The notes beneath the pieces are model-generated. The model made no database searches, was not told the origin of the DNA, and saw nothing but the letters and a program-made list of their open reading frames with translations. From Takakia lepidozioides (lineage: Eukaryota > Plantae > Bryophyta), in the NCBI GenBank assembly GCA_030704615.1, contig CM060731.1, positions 80,228,001 to 80,292,000 of the forward strand: a stretch of DNA of 64,000 nucleotides, written 5' to 3'. A program made the translations under genes and the position numbers. Shown here one piece after another: positions 49,453 to 62,899 of this stretch. Numbering within the stretch: position 1 is the first letter of the stretch; each line of letters begins with the position of its first letter.

Positions 49453-50971
49453 TTCAATATAGTTTGCAGATCCCTCAGTCTCCCAAAGTTCTTCAAACAC
49501 TTACTCATTTGCACTTGACTGTTTAGAACATGCAGACTTCCAACCTCTCGGTGGTGCTTGACCATGATTTTTCCCTCTTATGCTTTCTGGATAGGATTTC
49601 CACGTACTTGTGGTGGGATCATAAACTTGACGAATAAACACCATCCAAACCAATCGTAATACTAAGTTCTAATAGTTTATTCTTAGCCCAGTGTTTTTTT
49701 TCTAGTAGACAATATTTTTGTGTGATGGTAGCAATTACAACTAGATGCCCATATTAATCTAGAATACTACTTATACATATTTTCGTGGAGAGTTTGTGAA
49801 TAACGTCATGTTTATTTAAAATGTGTGGTTATTGCATTATAAAAAGTGAACTAGCAGCTAACTTGAATTCATGCTTTACATATCTCTCTGTATTATAGAC
49901 TCTAAATGATGCAATCATTCATCTCCACTTTATCATGCCCATAAACTTCCTACAATAAGACATCAAATATTTTTCTAGACGGTCATATCGCCTTTAGAAA
50001 CACTATCATAATTTATAATTATACTATTTGCCTTCTTCAGCCTCCAAATGTTACTGTGGATCTTTATGTCTCTCACCCTACTTCAGTTTACATCATTTTA
50101 CAACTCATGGCACCTTGCTGACCATTTCTTTGCAATCCAAACTCTTTCATCTCGTGGTTGAAACGGAAGAGCTTAGTGTTTATTAAGAGAAAAAGATTGC
50201 TTCATATCTCGCGGTCGACCGTTCAAATACCCGGGGGAGGGGGGCTTTCACTATTCCGTCGGCTAAAACATCATGTGTGATCAATATTTTATTGCACAAT
50301 GGGTTTATGTATGGGAAGAGGTATGACTGATTAAAAATTTGAAGTATATGTAGGGGATAATGAATGTATATATAAAAAAAAGATTATATTTACATGTATG
50401 GGCACAAGTTTATATATATTTTTCATCATTTGTAGATGGGATTGAATCCAAGACCACTTGAGTCATATTTTGCCAGGATATACTGTCCAATGAACTTAGA
50501 GCATAAACGTGGCAAAATCATCTTGGTTGAGTGGATTGTGATGAATCTCTCTTCTTGGTTTCTTCCTTCTTTTTTTCTCATTCAGCCCTAGTTTTTCCTC
50601 CATCTTTCTTGTGGTGGCTCCAACAACTCGATCTCCTCTATTGCATTGTTGCGTTTGTCCTTTCCCAAAGCTTGGATAGATGAGGTGAAATGGTACCTAG
50701 CTTTTGAACAAGAGAATAGATAACATGATGCACAGTCATTCAAAAACCGCCCGACGATGTCCATATTGAGACACCCAATCTTGCATCCACCCACGTGTTT
50801 CGTCCACTGTCTATGTGAAGGATCAACAGATATACCGTGGGTGCCGACGAATCTCAACAAAACGTCACATGATAAGAGAATTTCCGGGGTTGACCACGTA
50901 TAAATTATAAAACTAATTCAAGTTCTTGATGCTGATTTGCATAATTTGTTCTTTGTACTCGGAGAAACTAG

Positions 50972-51446
50972 CACTACAACAAATGGGAGGGGGGGGTTTG
51001 CGATGCCAGTCGCGCCCCCACGCCCCGCGTGGCGCCGAGCGTGCGACGCCAACCCCGCGGAGCGTGTTTGCGATGCCGAGCCGTTGCAGCCAAAACCCGC
51101 GGGTCGCCACCTGGCCGTCGCACGGGCGGATGAAGGGCAGCAGGCAGCCCTTCCGTGCGACGCCCAAGCATCGCCCCCAGCGAGGAGGAGAAGCCAGCCC
51201 TTTCTGGCGACGGCCGGTCGTCGCAAGCCCAAAAAAAAAACCCTTTCTTGCCATTTCTTTCATCGCAGCCCTTTTTTGCGACACCCAGCCGCATGTCACA
51301 TTTTGCGACAGCGTGCCGTCGCCAATTGCGACCCCCGGCCTCATAAATCCTAAAAACCGCGTCGCAGGTTGCGACGCGTGGGGGTCGCAGGCAGCGACTG
51401 CAAGGCTTTCTAGGTTTAGGTTTAGGGCCTTTAGGGGTTCTCAGTT

Positions 51447-51477
<31 letters not shown>

Positions 51478-54400
51478 CCATATGGTACTGGGGTAGGGTG
51501 TTTGTTTTTCTTTGTGGTTTAGCTTGTTGTTGTGGACTTTCTTGTAGATTGTGACATTCATTTTGATAATTCTCTTGATACCACATCTGTATGTGTTGCT
51601 CCAACATATTCTTGCCTCTGCCTTCTTTCTTGAAAGACTACCAGCCACAGCCATATTTGATCAATCATAGAAATAAACTACAATATGCATGTACATGTAC
51701 AATCGATCGAAGGGACGGGTCGAGTTCGGTGCGAGAATTGTTATGTAGCTTTGATTTTGTGTCTAATCAACTTGAACATCATCATCCGGAGCTTCTTCAT
51801 CCTCATCAAGCTGCAAGTCTTTTTGGTCATCGGAGTCATCATCATAAATGGCCCGGCCCTCAAAAGGCACCTCCGAATCATCCTCCACCTCGTTGTCAAT
51901 GGCCGTGTCTTCGTCTCCTTCTCCAACATCCGTATCTTCTAGAGCTTCATCATATAGGGTCCAGGATGCATTGTCCAGGGCGTTATCATCATCTTCTACC
52001 CCCTCTACCCAACCTCCATCATCAACATCATTATGACCAGTCTCTCCGTCCACCCCATGAAGATCCGAGACCATGATAGATACATCTTCCTCTTGGCTGA
52101 GCATGCACAACCACCTTCCAATTCCCCCCTCTTGTTTTGTCATCGGAGAAGAAAACTTGCTCCATGTCTGAAGGCCGTGAAAAAAAATTCATCGGAGGGA
52201 CGATGAGTAGGGTTGAGCCTATCTGCATTGACGCGCATGAAACCACAATCATCTTGCACTAGTGTTGCGGAGGGCCCCACCAGATGTGGCTGGAACCACC
52301 TTCTCTTGAAGAGAAGAGGTCGGTACCTTGTATACTGAAGTTGGAGTATGTTCTCAAGCTCTCCAATGTACTCAAGTTTGCTCATAACAGGTCGTGTATC
52401 TCCCTTGCCCCACATGGAGTCTTGCCAATATGTGGCACACAAGCCAGAATCAAAGGTTGTTTTGCACTTCATGTCAAGAGCACGAATGCGGAAATGACGA
52501 CCGTGAACCCAAACCGCCGTGTATGAGGTCGCGAATTAAGAGGGGCCCCTTGCAATATCTTGCACCAAATCTGAAACCACCTCTCCTTGAGCAACAACGT
52601 CATAAACTGAAGTCCGAAGCCACTGTTGGAATGAACTTAGAGGCTGCAATTCCATGGGCAAATTTTGTGAATGAACATTCCGGCGGCCCGCTCCTCGTCG
52701 TGGCGTCTAGTAACCGGCCTTGGATGGTTCCGCCTCCATGCAAGCGTCTCCTCCTCTCGTTGTTGAACAAGATTATTGTATCTTGTCTCCCACTCATGTA
52801 TGGATGGGGTATTCTTCAGTATGAAGTCATGCGCTTGCTCAATCACCAAGGTCGGCAATTTTACCCTCTTCGATTTTTTGGGCAAAACGATGTCATTGGT
52901 TTGTGCATCCTCCTCTTCCTTCCACATCCGCCCTTGCCATGTACTCCGTGCAATAGAACATAGCTTCTTGCAACGTATACCCCATCTGTCATGCTATCCT
53001 CCGAGTGCGCCATTTGTCTTACAAATCTTTTCAAAATCTTCATATAACGCTCAAGGAAGTACAGCCACCGAGAATGAACGGGGCCGACAATCGAAGCCTC
53101 TTCCACTAAGTGCACAACCAAGTGCACTTGGATGTCAAAGAAGGAGGGAGAAAGGTGCATCTCCAACATACACATTACCTCCGCCGCCTCCTTCTTCATG
53201 CGTGGAAAATCTGATACTTCCAACTCTTTGGAGCAAATCCACCGGAACAAGCCTCCCAATCTATAGATTGTCTCACGAACCTCGGGAGTCAATGTCCCAC
53301 GTACTGCAATGGGCAAGATGTCTTGCAATAGATTGTGGTAGTCATGAGACTTCAAACCATGGACCCTGTCTTCGTCGCTGAACTTCGTACGGAGGGATGA
53401 CCCATAACCAGTTGGTGTTCGGACAACACTTATGGTGGCTATCACTTTCTTGTATTCCTCCTTTGTCCATTGCCAAGATGCGCGCCTATACTTCCATCGT
53501 ACAACACCCTTTGGGTCCACACCATTTTGTTCGGCCCATAGATGACGCATGCGACCCTGCTCCTCAAGCTCCTTTCTAACACCGAGAGAATCTCCTTTTG
53601 CAGCCACTCCCTTCTTTGTTGGCGTGCCATGAAGAACCCGAAAAAGGGACGAGCAGACATTCTTCTCAATATGCATGGGATCTAGAAGATGACGAATCTT
53701 CAAGTCCTACAAATATCCCCACCCACAAAGACTTACACAAAATATTTTACGTGAAAATGACAATGCAACGCATACCAAATGTGCAATATCACATGCATGC
53801 ATAGGGATATTGACGGTGTTTTTGTGGAATATGTACCGCCCAATATGGCAACTCATAGAAAATTGAAAGTCGTTTAATGTCGGGCACGTCCACTTCACCG
53901 TCCATGCCTGCATGGGCCTCCTTCCATCAGTCCTCCCAAAACTGCCCGGACGGTGTCATAGGGGGGGGGGACGTACTTCCTCTTTGCCATCAAACAAATT
54001 TTTCTCTCTTCTTTTCCATCGATGGCTCATAAAAAGAAATTTGCGGTGGTTGGGATACACCATCTTGTGAAGATGGCGGGAGCTATGTGCATCAAGATCA
54101 TCGCCACAATGCAAGCATGCATGGTACCCTTTGGTGTGTAGCCCCGAGCAAACAACTAGTCATGTACTACACATCCCGCCACATTAGCAAAAACAAAAAG
54201 TTGTCATGTGCATGGCCCATAATGCCTTCTACCCCACTACGGTGCACAAGACTGTCGCCGCTACTTCAATCAATCCCAATCCTCATCGATATTATCCGGC
54301 ATTGACAAGTGAATGTACGCGGGTTGTTCATGGGGAACATAATATACCTGGACAATCATGCATTGTCCAAAGCAAGATGCCTCTCATCTGAAAATATTGT

Positions 54401-57400
54401 CCGGCCATAGGGTCAAGTGAAGCATCCAATGTCGGGACCCCCATCCATAGCTCCTTAAGTTCATCAACAAGAGGTCGCAAGTATGTGTCTATGTTTGCCA
54501 CTTGTTTTTTTCTCTATGAGACATTCACATCATTGTTTCAATACTCCACCAATATGCAATATACTACAAAATGAATTACACGTCTTACTCCATGATTATG
54601 TCACTCATCAATTTTGCATCCGAATTGCGTCAGAGATCAGAAGTTTAATGTAAAGTCTAAGGCAATAATAAACATGAAATGAATACACTCACCTGGCACA
54701 ATGGCAGCCAACATGATATGGTCTTTTTTAATTGAAAAATACAGAGGGATGTTGTAATTCACCATGGTCACCGGCCAAGTGGAATGACTACATGATTGGA
54801 CAGAGAATGGGTTGACCTCATCCGAGGAGAAGCCGAGGTGGACATGTCGTGGGTCCTCCAAGAGAAAAGGCCACATCTCTTCAATATGCCTTCATGCTTG
54901 TGAATCTTGTGGCCCGCACACCTTTCCCGGGGGGCTCCGATGCAAGGCGTGTCATCTCATGAGTCTGGCCAATTTGGGGCTTCGGTACTGTGCACCCTCA
55001 ATCGCGGGATGATCGGAAAATAATACATTTTCTAGGATGAAATACCCCACGCCCCCCACATGTAATCATCCCATTAGCACACATAATACAACACCCTTAT
55101 GTCTTTCCCTTTATGCAGCCTCTCCCTCATTTGGGTGTGAATGGTCAAAACCGAACGTCGTTCCTTCCACTCCTCACTCACTCCTTCCAAAACCACAATC
55201 ATATCTTGCATGAGTACTACTCTCTAAACTCTAAACTTTGTGGAATACACTTTACATTGAGAAGATTAAAGAAAGTAATCTCCATGCGAGGGAGAATGAC
55301 GCTTATACCTTGCGTGGTACTTTTTTCCCTTGGACATTATCCCGATATCGGTCTTTCTTGCACTTTGGGCACTTGAGAAGATGTGAATCATCTCCGTAGT
55401 ATAGGGTTTTATCACATGGACATGCATGAAAAATCTTATAGCCCATCCCCACAAAGTCCAAGACTTCGCGCGCCTCTTTCCGCGACCGTGGCATCTTGGG
55501 TTTCAAGGGTGGAGCAAGGATATAGTCTGCAATAGTTCGTATTATGGCAGACATCCCAACATTACTTATGGCAAATCGAATTTGAAGATTGAGCAAAAGT
55601 AAGATTGTTGAAAGTCGACTCACTTTCGCCCCTTCGTACAAGGGAGTTCTCGCCTCCCTCTCCATGTCATTTGAGGGGGCCATTTCAAGATCATCAATTG
55701 GCCGGGTTCCCTCTTCATGGGATACATCAGCGCCCACATGATGCATTAAGAGATCCTCCATGGCTTGCACATCCTCCTGGTTAATTCCATGCTCATTGTT
55801 GTTGTCGCTGTCACTGTTACTGTCATCGTCATCATCGTCCGGTACCGTGGGGGCGGCGTCTCGCCCATGGCTCCCGCCTGATGTACTTGGGTTGTTTTCG
55901 GATGGGGTGCCAAGAAAAAGGACCGGGAAGGGATGGACAAAGTCCTGATACGAACAAATGAACATAGGGACATATATTATAATGTGTCCTTGCAACCATA
56001 CACTTCATTATAAGCGAAATGCAAACAACAACCTTCAATGTGTGCGTGCATCAAATATGTCATTCAATAATTACATGTATGTGCACAACGTACACGCATG
56101 CAAAGTTTCAAACCCAAACAAAATCATTTGCCCCCCCAATGACACATTCACCCTATCAACCAATTTTTGTTTATTAATGTGAAAGAAAATCCTCTCATGC
56201 CATTGCATCCAACAAACGGATGTGGCTCAAGCTTCATTTTTTCCTACATGTGCTTAAATATGTGTGCAACACCTGTACACAGATCCAGCAGGGGAAAAAA
56301 AACATTTGCCTCCCCAACGACGCACTCACCCTTGCACCAATTTTGAATTAAATCGAATTTAAATGAATTTAAAAATAAATATTTGCATTTAGAAAATATA
56401 TGATTGCGGTTTTGAGGGGCGTAATGATTTTATTTTTATCTCTATTTTGTTCCTTGACATCGGGCTTTGCACCACTACATCCATGCAAAAAAATGGACAA
56501 AAAAAAAATGGAAAAAAAATTAGTGTGTTTCTAGGGTCACTCTTGCAAAACTCTCTATGTAGAGTGCATGAAATTGAAGATAACTCAACTTTGGAGTGCA
56601 AATGAGAGAACAAAATCTGGTTATGGGTCCAAATGACTTTTGTTTACTCCCAAATTTTGCACGCACATTGCATATGCTATCATTAAGCATATGGCTTGAA
56701 AATGGAATAAAAAAAAAATCATCTGCAGGCGAAACGCAATTTTCCGTCTCTATGACACGTAGCTGCGTTCAACACTAGAATGACCCATTGAATCAACTTG
56801 GTTCAAGCTCATATTTGGTCCACATGTGCATAAGTATGTTTAGATCACATATGCAAAGTTGCAACCTACACAAGCAACAAGAAAAAAATTTACATCAATC
56901 GATTAATCGGATGTATACAAAGTACATCATGAGAATATCTACAATGCCCCTCTACGCGATCCCTGTCTCAAAGGAACCCTATTTCTATCATACACATCCC
57001 ACTCACGCTGTAATCAGAGGTCCCAATCATCCCGGGAGAACTCGTATGATGCAAATAGTTCGTTGCTAGCCCTAATAGTCCTACTAGCACATGTCATCAC
57101 AAACATGTGCATCCCCTCACAGTATATTGACGTATGACCACAAAAGCTCTCATGCCCATCGCTTCGCTCGTCCCATACTACATTGGTTCTCCTAGGATGA
57201 CCAAAAGAACTATTGATCGTTATATGAAGTAACATAGTCCTATGTGCTTCCCATCGGGGGCGAGGATCCGGCTCAGGCCGCCCAAGCCGAAGGGGAGGAA
57301 ACCTAGGGCGAAGCCGACCCCTCCTAGGGGTTCGGGGGGCACATGCACGTGGAGGTGGAGGTGGTGGTGGTGGTGGTGGTACTGCTGGCGGAGGAGATGA

Positions 57401-58205
57401 AAGTGGAGGTGGTTGAGGATGTAATGTCGGAGGTGCAGCCAGGGGTACAACGTCCGGATCAAGTACTACCGGAGGTGGATCAGGCAAAGAAACAGACGGG
57501 GGGGGGGGGGGGGGGGGGGGGGGCCTGCTCGTCGCCGGCCATAGCGCCTACGACACCTACGATACCCCTCAACCCTACGCATCTCATGTACGTGTTGGGG
57601 AACCAACTGGTCACATCGGGCACATGCTCTGGCACAAATTCTGCAAGTAGACCGGCGCGAAATGCATCATATGCAATGTGATTGCGAGCTTGGGCATCAA
57701 GTCATGGTTGCAATGTGCGTAGTGAACGACGCATCAATACTTATGTCATAATTTTGATGCATGTATGCTTACCAATCATACTATATTATTAGATAAACCT
57801 AAATGTACCTTAAATGAATGTTAATAAGAGGGGTGGGAAAAACACTCATATTTGCCGCATCCGCAATCTTGTTCTTCTTGTAATGTTTTTCGACAACATG
57901 CGGTCGCCGCCTCGGTGGTCTGGTGCCGCCCGACGGTATCCGTTCCCAACATTTAGTGCACCAACACTCAATCCTGTCGGGGGGGGGGGGGGGGGGTCAA
58001 AGGTGAACATGGTTGGACGGGGTGGCCCGCGAGAGGGCAACCCGCAGCGCGCCCGACTCGATCCCGGAGTGTCATCATCCTCCGCATCACCTGAAATTTG
58101 GGTCCAGTCCCTTCTACGATTGTGCCCGACAGCCTGTATTGGATCAGGTGCAATGGGTGGCTCCTCGCCACGAAAAACGGTCGCTTTAGGGCCACAAGGG
58201 CTTAC
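50972..58205 (-). mobile_element. Degenerate CACTA (En/Spm) transposon; only one terminus seen
   Basis: Terminus CACTACAAC at 50972 with dense TGCGAC/GTCGCA subterminal repeats to about 51390. Tnp2-type transposase pieces with frameshifts (IFHACPCDK..CPKC; DPRHVHLGFSSDEVNPF..STWPV; HLLDPMHIEKNV; GLKSHDYH; FFDIQVHLVVHL; GPVHSRW; DSG..YIGELENILQLQY) and an acidic C-terminus. A Pro-rich second ORF remnant lies at 57.0-58.2 kb. Confidence 0.92.
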
Positions 58206-58405
58206 CCTGTTTGACAAGGCGGTCATGTTTCCAAGATATAGAGTCGATTAACTTAGGATATCTGGTGTTGGACATATGTTGCAGCTGAACCCACCATCTG
58301 ACCTTGAATTTATCTCATCGGAAGCTTAAAAGAGAGCAGCACTGAAGAGAGGGAAGATACTATGTCTTGTCGGGACATGGACAGGACCAAACATGGTCAT
58401 TGTCA
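58205..58405 (-). mobile_element. LINE fragment, same family as 61650-62480, abutting the truncated CACTA
   Basis: Near-identical to 62289-62478. Translates DKFKVRWWVQLQHMSNTRYPKLIDSISWK, a post-RT LINE region. Confidence 0.65.
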
Positions 58406-58959
58406 ATTTTTACAACAAATCAACCTCATGAAGAGGCATTATCAGTCAAACTCCACTTCAAATCAGATCTTATGATGACCTCCATTACATTTCAAAGACA
58501 AAGAATCTACCTGGTAGATTTCAATGACAAGAAAATACGGGTGGGAGGGTGGGATTACTTAGAAGATCCCCTCGTTATAATAATCCAGCTTTATATTCTA
58601 AGGAACAGTATGCTAAACAAGTGTTACCAGCCTGTTTTTATGCCTGTTCTAGAATTATAAGCTATGGGTGGCATCTAAGCAAACAATTAAATGTTTACCT
58701 ATACCATGCAATAGTACTGCTCATCTGGAACCCAAAAGTTCCAGCTATTTTCCATTAATCACACAACCGGGATATTAAATCATCTGATTACTTGATAAGA
58801 TAACCAGTTTTTTAATAACAACAACCCAGAGCTTATCTGCTACATTTTTAGAACTTCTTGTAATCATGACATAGAGTCAAAACTCATTGCATTGTTTAGT
58901 AAGCTTGATTTCCCAGAACTGCTTTCTATTGCAGTGTTCTGTATCAGAATATGCCATAG

Positions 58960-60295
58960 CTAGCAAAAAACAAACAGCTATCTTTTTTGTAACATAAAAT
59001 CCAGAGCCATGCTGTAGGTATGATTGTTAATCAGTCTTTGATTACCAAGCAACAACAGAGGCTTCTCTTTAAAACAACCAGACCTGGTTTAGGTCTGGGG
59101 TCATTATGTTACAACCTCGACAAGGTGTTTGCAAGGCAAAAAAGACTTTTAATGAAGTTCAAAAAGGCCATAGTTCCCACACTTGTTCAAACCCTGGTGT
59201 TACACAGGTTTTGAATCGATAACATCTGAAAAAATTATATTGTGTAGCCTGATATTTTTATCAAGCCAGAGCAGCTGAAATCATTTAATCTAACCCAACT
59301 AAAGCTTGGAGGGTTTTTAGAAGAGCTCGATTCTGGGTCCCCACCAACTCATGTTTCTTGTGTGTCTTGGCATCAATCATGCCAGAGCAGAAATAGTGAG
59401 TCATGTGTTCTTTTTTTGTAACCCACAAGCCATAAACAAGCTGTATATAATCTGTAATTACAGGAATCATATCCAGAGCCTAGTTTAGGCCTGATGACAT
59501 CAGGTTACTTACCTTAGCAGATTGTATGCAAGGTACAAAAAACACAGATGGAGTTCAGAAAGCCACAGATGTTCCATAGTATGAGTACATAAAGGCATAC
59601 AGGGCCTTAGAACAAAACAAATGCAATGCTATGTCATATCAAAACCAGCCATAGCCAGAAAGATCAAACAAACAACAGTTTTTTTTGTAATCATACAATC
59701 CAGAGCCATGCTGGTAAGTATGATGTTAATCATTCTTCGGTCGTCAAGCAACAGAAGAGGATTTTCTTCAAACACCAGGACCTGGTTTAGGTCTGGGGTC
59801 ATTATGTTACCACCTTAACAAGGTGTTTGCAAGGTAAAAAAGACATTTTAATGAAGTTCAGAAAGGCTATAGTGCCAATACATGTTCAAACCCCAATGTT
59901 ACACAGGTTTTGAAGTCATAACATCTGAAAAAAAGGCTGTGTTGCCAGATATCAGAGCAGCTGATATCTTCAATCCAACCCAACCTTCTGGAACCAAGAG
60001 TCTATAAAGCCAATACATGTTTTTCTAAAAAAACAAAAACTTGCTTTTAGAAGAGTAATTATGGGTCCCCACCAGTCCATGTTTCTTGTGGAGCAGAAAC
60101 AATGAGTCATGTGTTCTTTTATTGTAACCCAAAAGCCACAAACACAACTGTATACAATCTGTAATTACAGAGTGACATGAAGAGGTAGCAGGTTACTTAC
60201 CTTAGCAGATTGTATGCAAGGTAAAAAAGGAAAGGGGGTTCAGAAAGCCACAAAGGTTCCATAGATTGAGCACATAAAGGCATACAGGGCTTAGT
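58960..60295. repeat. Diverged tandem duplication of a non-coding unit of about 670 bp
   Basis: Blocks atccagagccatgctg, cctggtttaggtctggggtcattatgttac, caaggtgtttgcaagg, tgggtccccacca and caggttacttaccttagcagattgtatgcaaggt recur in the same order at 58960-59610 and 59650-60295. Confidence 0.85.
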
Positions 60296-61649
60296 ATAAA
60301 CCAGATGCAAGCTCTGGCCTCTCCCCTACCGTGTTGCTTGAAAGTGTACATATTAGAGTAGCAAATCGTGCTCTAAGCATGAAAAAAGAGCATATATTTG
60401 GTCTGAAAACCCTACTTCCAGTACCATATTTCAATGCAGCGGAAATCATAACCCAGAGTCCTTAATATAATTCATGTGTTCTAAAAAGGCTCGCTAATGC
60501 ACTTGCTGCTTCAACACAGAGATAAAGGTTGTAAGCATATCCAGATTGGTCAAGGTAGGGAGGCAAAAATGAGACATCTCCCTGGATAATCAGCTGATGT
60601 CGATGTCACTTCACTTGCAGGTTTGTCATCAGATTCAAGCTTCAAAAATCACATTAAGTGAGGACCCTCACCTGGTCCCATCACAAGCCCCCACAAGAAC
60701 CAACAGGTTAGTGAGAATTGTGGAACCCCAGGTGAATCGGGTCTCACGCTTGTTATCGCTGTACAACATGAGTTCTAAAGCAAGAATCAATTCTAAACAC
60801 AAGCAGGGTTATCCACAACCTTAATCGATTGCGGAAGAGGACTCGACATCGCTCCAAGCACTTGACAATCAACAGCACAAACAAGCAATGGTTTGCTGAA
60901 ATCTATGCGCATTTTAACAGGTGAAGAAACCCCCTGAGTTTTTATGAGCAGTGCTGAAACTTAATGATCCAGAGAGCAATCGGGCAGCCTAAGGTAGATT
61001 GCCCACCAAGGGAATAGGCCACCATACTGAGGGAATTGAAGCACTGCCGCCGTTACGCATCCCAAGGGAGATGAGAAAGGACTGGAATCTTGCCAGAGTA
61101 CTTGTAAGCAGCATTGAAGCGTCTCCATAGCCATCAAAATCATAAAATTCATGCTAAGAGATCCCTCTGACACCATCACTTCATCTCCCGTAGAAAAAAC
61201 GCACAGTATCGTGCAAGTTTTATGGCAGGAGAGGAGATATGGCAAACCATTGCGATTTCATCCATGTCGGATGAAAAATAAGGAATGAAAGGTGAATATT
61301 CCCCTGTTGTCATCGCCATGACATCCTAAAATCGATGACCAGAACCTGGCATTCATTAGGGTTAGATATAAATGACCTTAATAATCCAAAGGAACCAGGT
61401 AAAAAATGATAACCAGAATTAACATTTAATGGAATTCATCCATTATTAACTATATCCGGTATGGATGAGGATAGCAGAAAGGGAGAGAGAGAGACGGATA
61501 GAGAGAGGGAGTGAGAGGGAGATACCAGGGGGCAACAAAGAAAAGAAAAGAAGGTGGGGGGGGGGGGGGGGTGACTGAGCTGCTGCTGCTGCTCAGTCAC
61601 CCCCCCCCCACACATTCTTTTTTTTCCTTTGTTGCCCCCTCTCTTGGGT

Positions 61650-62480
61650 AAACAAAAGGGACAGATCCTACCTCTGTCAGGGGCTGACGTTGGTAGTAAG
61701 ACTTACCTTCACATATAGAATTAATCCGGGTTTTCCAGATATCCTCTACAAATCTCTTCACACAAGCATCAATCTGTTGTGTGTGAGATGCCCAAAAACT
61801 AGGCCTCAGAAGGGGCTGGGCTTTTGGCTCAGCCTCGACTTTTTCAAAGTTAGTAAACAGAGGTACATGGAAATTCCTTTGATAGATTTGAAGAGAGCGT
61901 CTCTTTGGTGAGAGAACCCCGGACAATGTATCAGAAAATGAGTACTGTCTTCAGATTGCCCACACAACGGGCAATTGCACTCTCCTTTTCCTCTCTGCTT
62001 CTGTTTGATGTTCAAAGGTAGGCTTCCTGCCCTGAGTTTAAATTTCAGTCTAGTGCCGAGAGTGGGTAGACCCTTGAGGTCATCCAAGATGTCCTCCCCC
62101 GTGTCACTGACTGGAAACAAGTTCAGGGAAGTTTTTTGCCTAACTTCATTTTCATCAGACAATCTCATGGCAACAGACATGGTTGGACACTACAGCCTCT
62201 AAGTCAAATTTATCCAGCAGGGTGAAGACTTGCGGTTTCAGGTCCAGGTCCTTGAGAATCTCTTCTACTGTCTTCTGCCAGGACTTAGCCTGTTTGACAG
62301 GTCGGTGGGCGGTCCTGTTTCCAAGATATAGAGTCGATTAACTTTTGATATCTGGTGTTGGACATATGCTGCAGCTGACCTCACCATCTGACCTTAAACA
62401 CTCGTCGGGAGCTTAAAAGAGAGGGAAGATACTTTTTGTCATGTCAAGACAAGGACAGGACCCCTAGGGTCATTGTCATG
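61650..62480 (-). mobile_element. 5'-truncated LINE, C-terminal region with CCHC zinc knuckle (RTEX-like, inferred)
   Basis: GQLQHMSNTRYQKLI..SWQKTVEEILKDL..GTRLKFKLRAGSLPL..CPLCGQSEDSTHFLIHCPGFSHQRDALF..DIWKTR, with frameshifts. Confidence 0.8.
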
Positions 62481-62899
62481 AAAGAATAATTAGACATATC
62501 AGCCACTTAACAGTGGCACCGTCCATCAATCATCAAGCTTAGAAAATCCAGAATTACATCCATGCACAATAACGTGTTTATGTTAGTATTATTCATAACC
62601 CAAAGAGTATGCCACTGATGTTGATTGACCACCAGTCATGATCATGATACACATTCAGAGGTCTGGGTGGGATGGCGGGTACTTGGCCATATTTTGGCCT
62701 TGATGTGTTGCAGGTCAAATGGTCATACAGATTTATTGTCCGCAAGCTGTAATCCAAGCATACTTACTCAAACCCCATGGGTGTCATGGAGGGTTTTTTT
62801 TCCAAAACAAAAAGAACAAGAAGAACACTTGGACATCACAGATTTAAATATCTTGCCCTGCCAGTAGTTTAGACTGATCTGCAGCACAGCTTGCCCCCA

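Noticed and set aside
51410-51437. Telomere-like tttagg(g) repeats
   Set aside because: Only about 3-4 degenerate units inside a transposon end.
50913-51654. Several overlapping 100-226 aa ORFs
   Set aside because: Artefacts of GC-rich CACTA subterminal repeats and a poly-T run.
59503-59520. U1 snRNA-like start (tacttacct), also near 60195 and 28223
   Set aside because: The downstream sequence does not resemble U1; these are reverse-strand splice donors.
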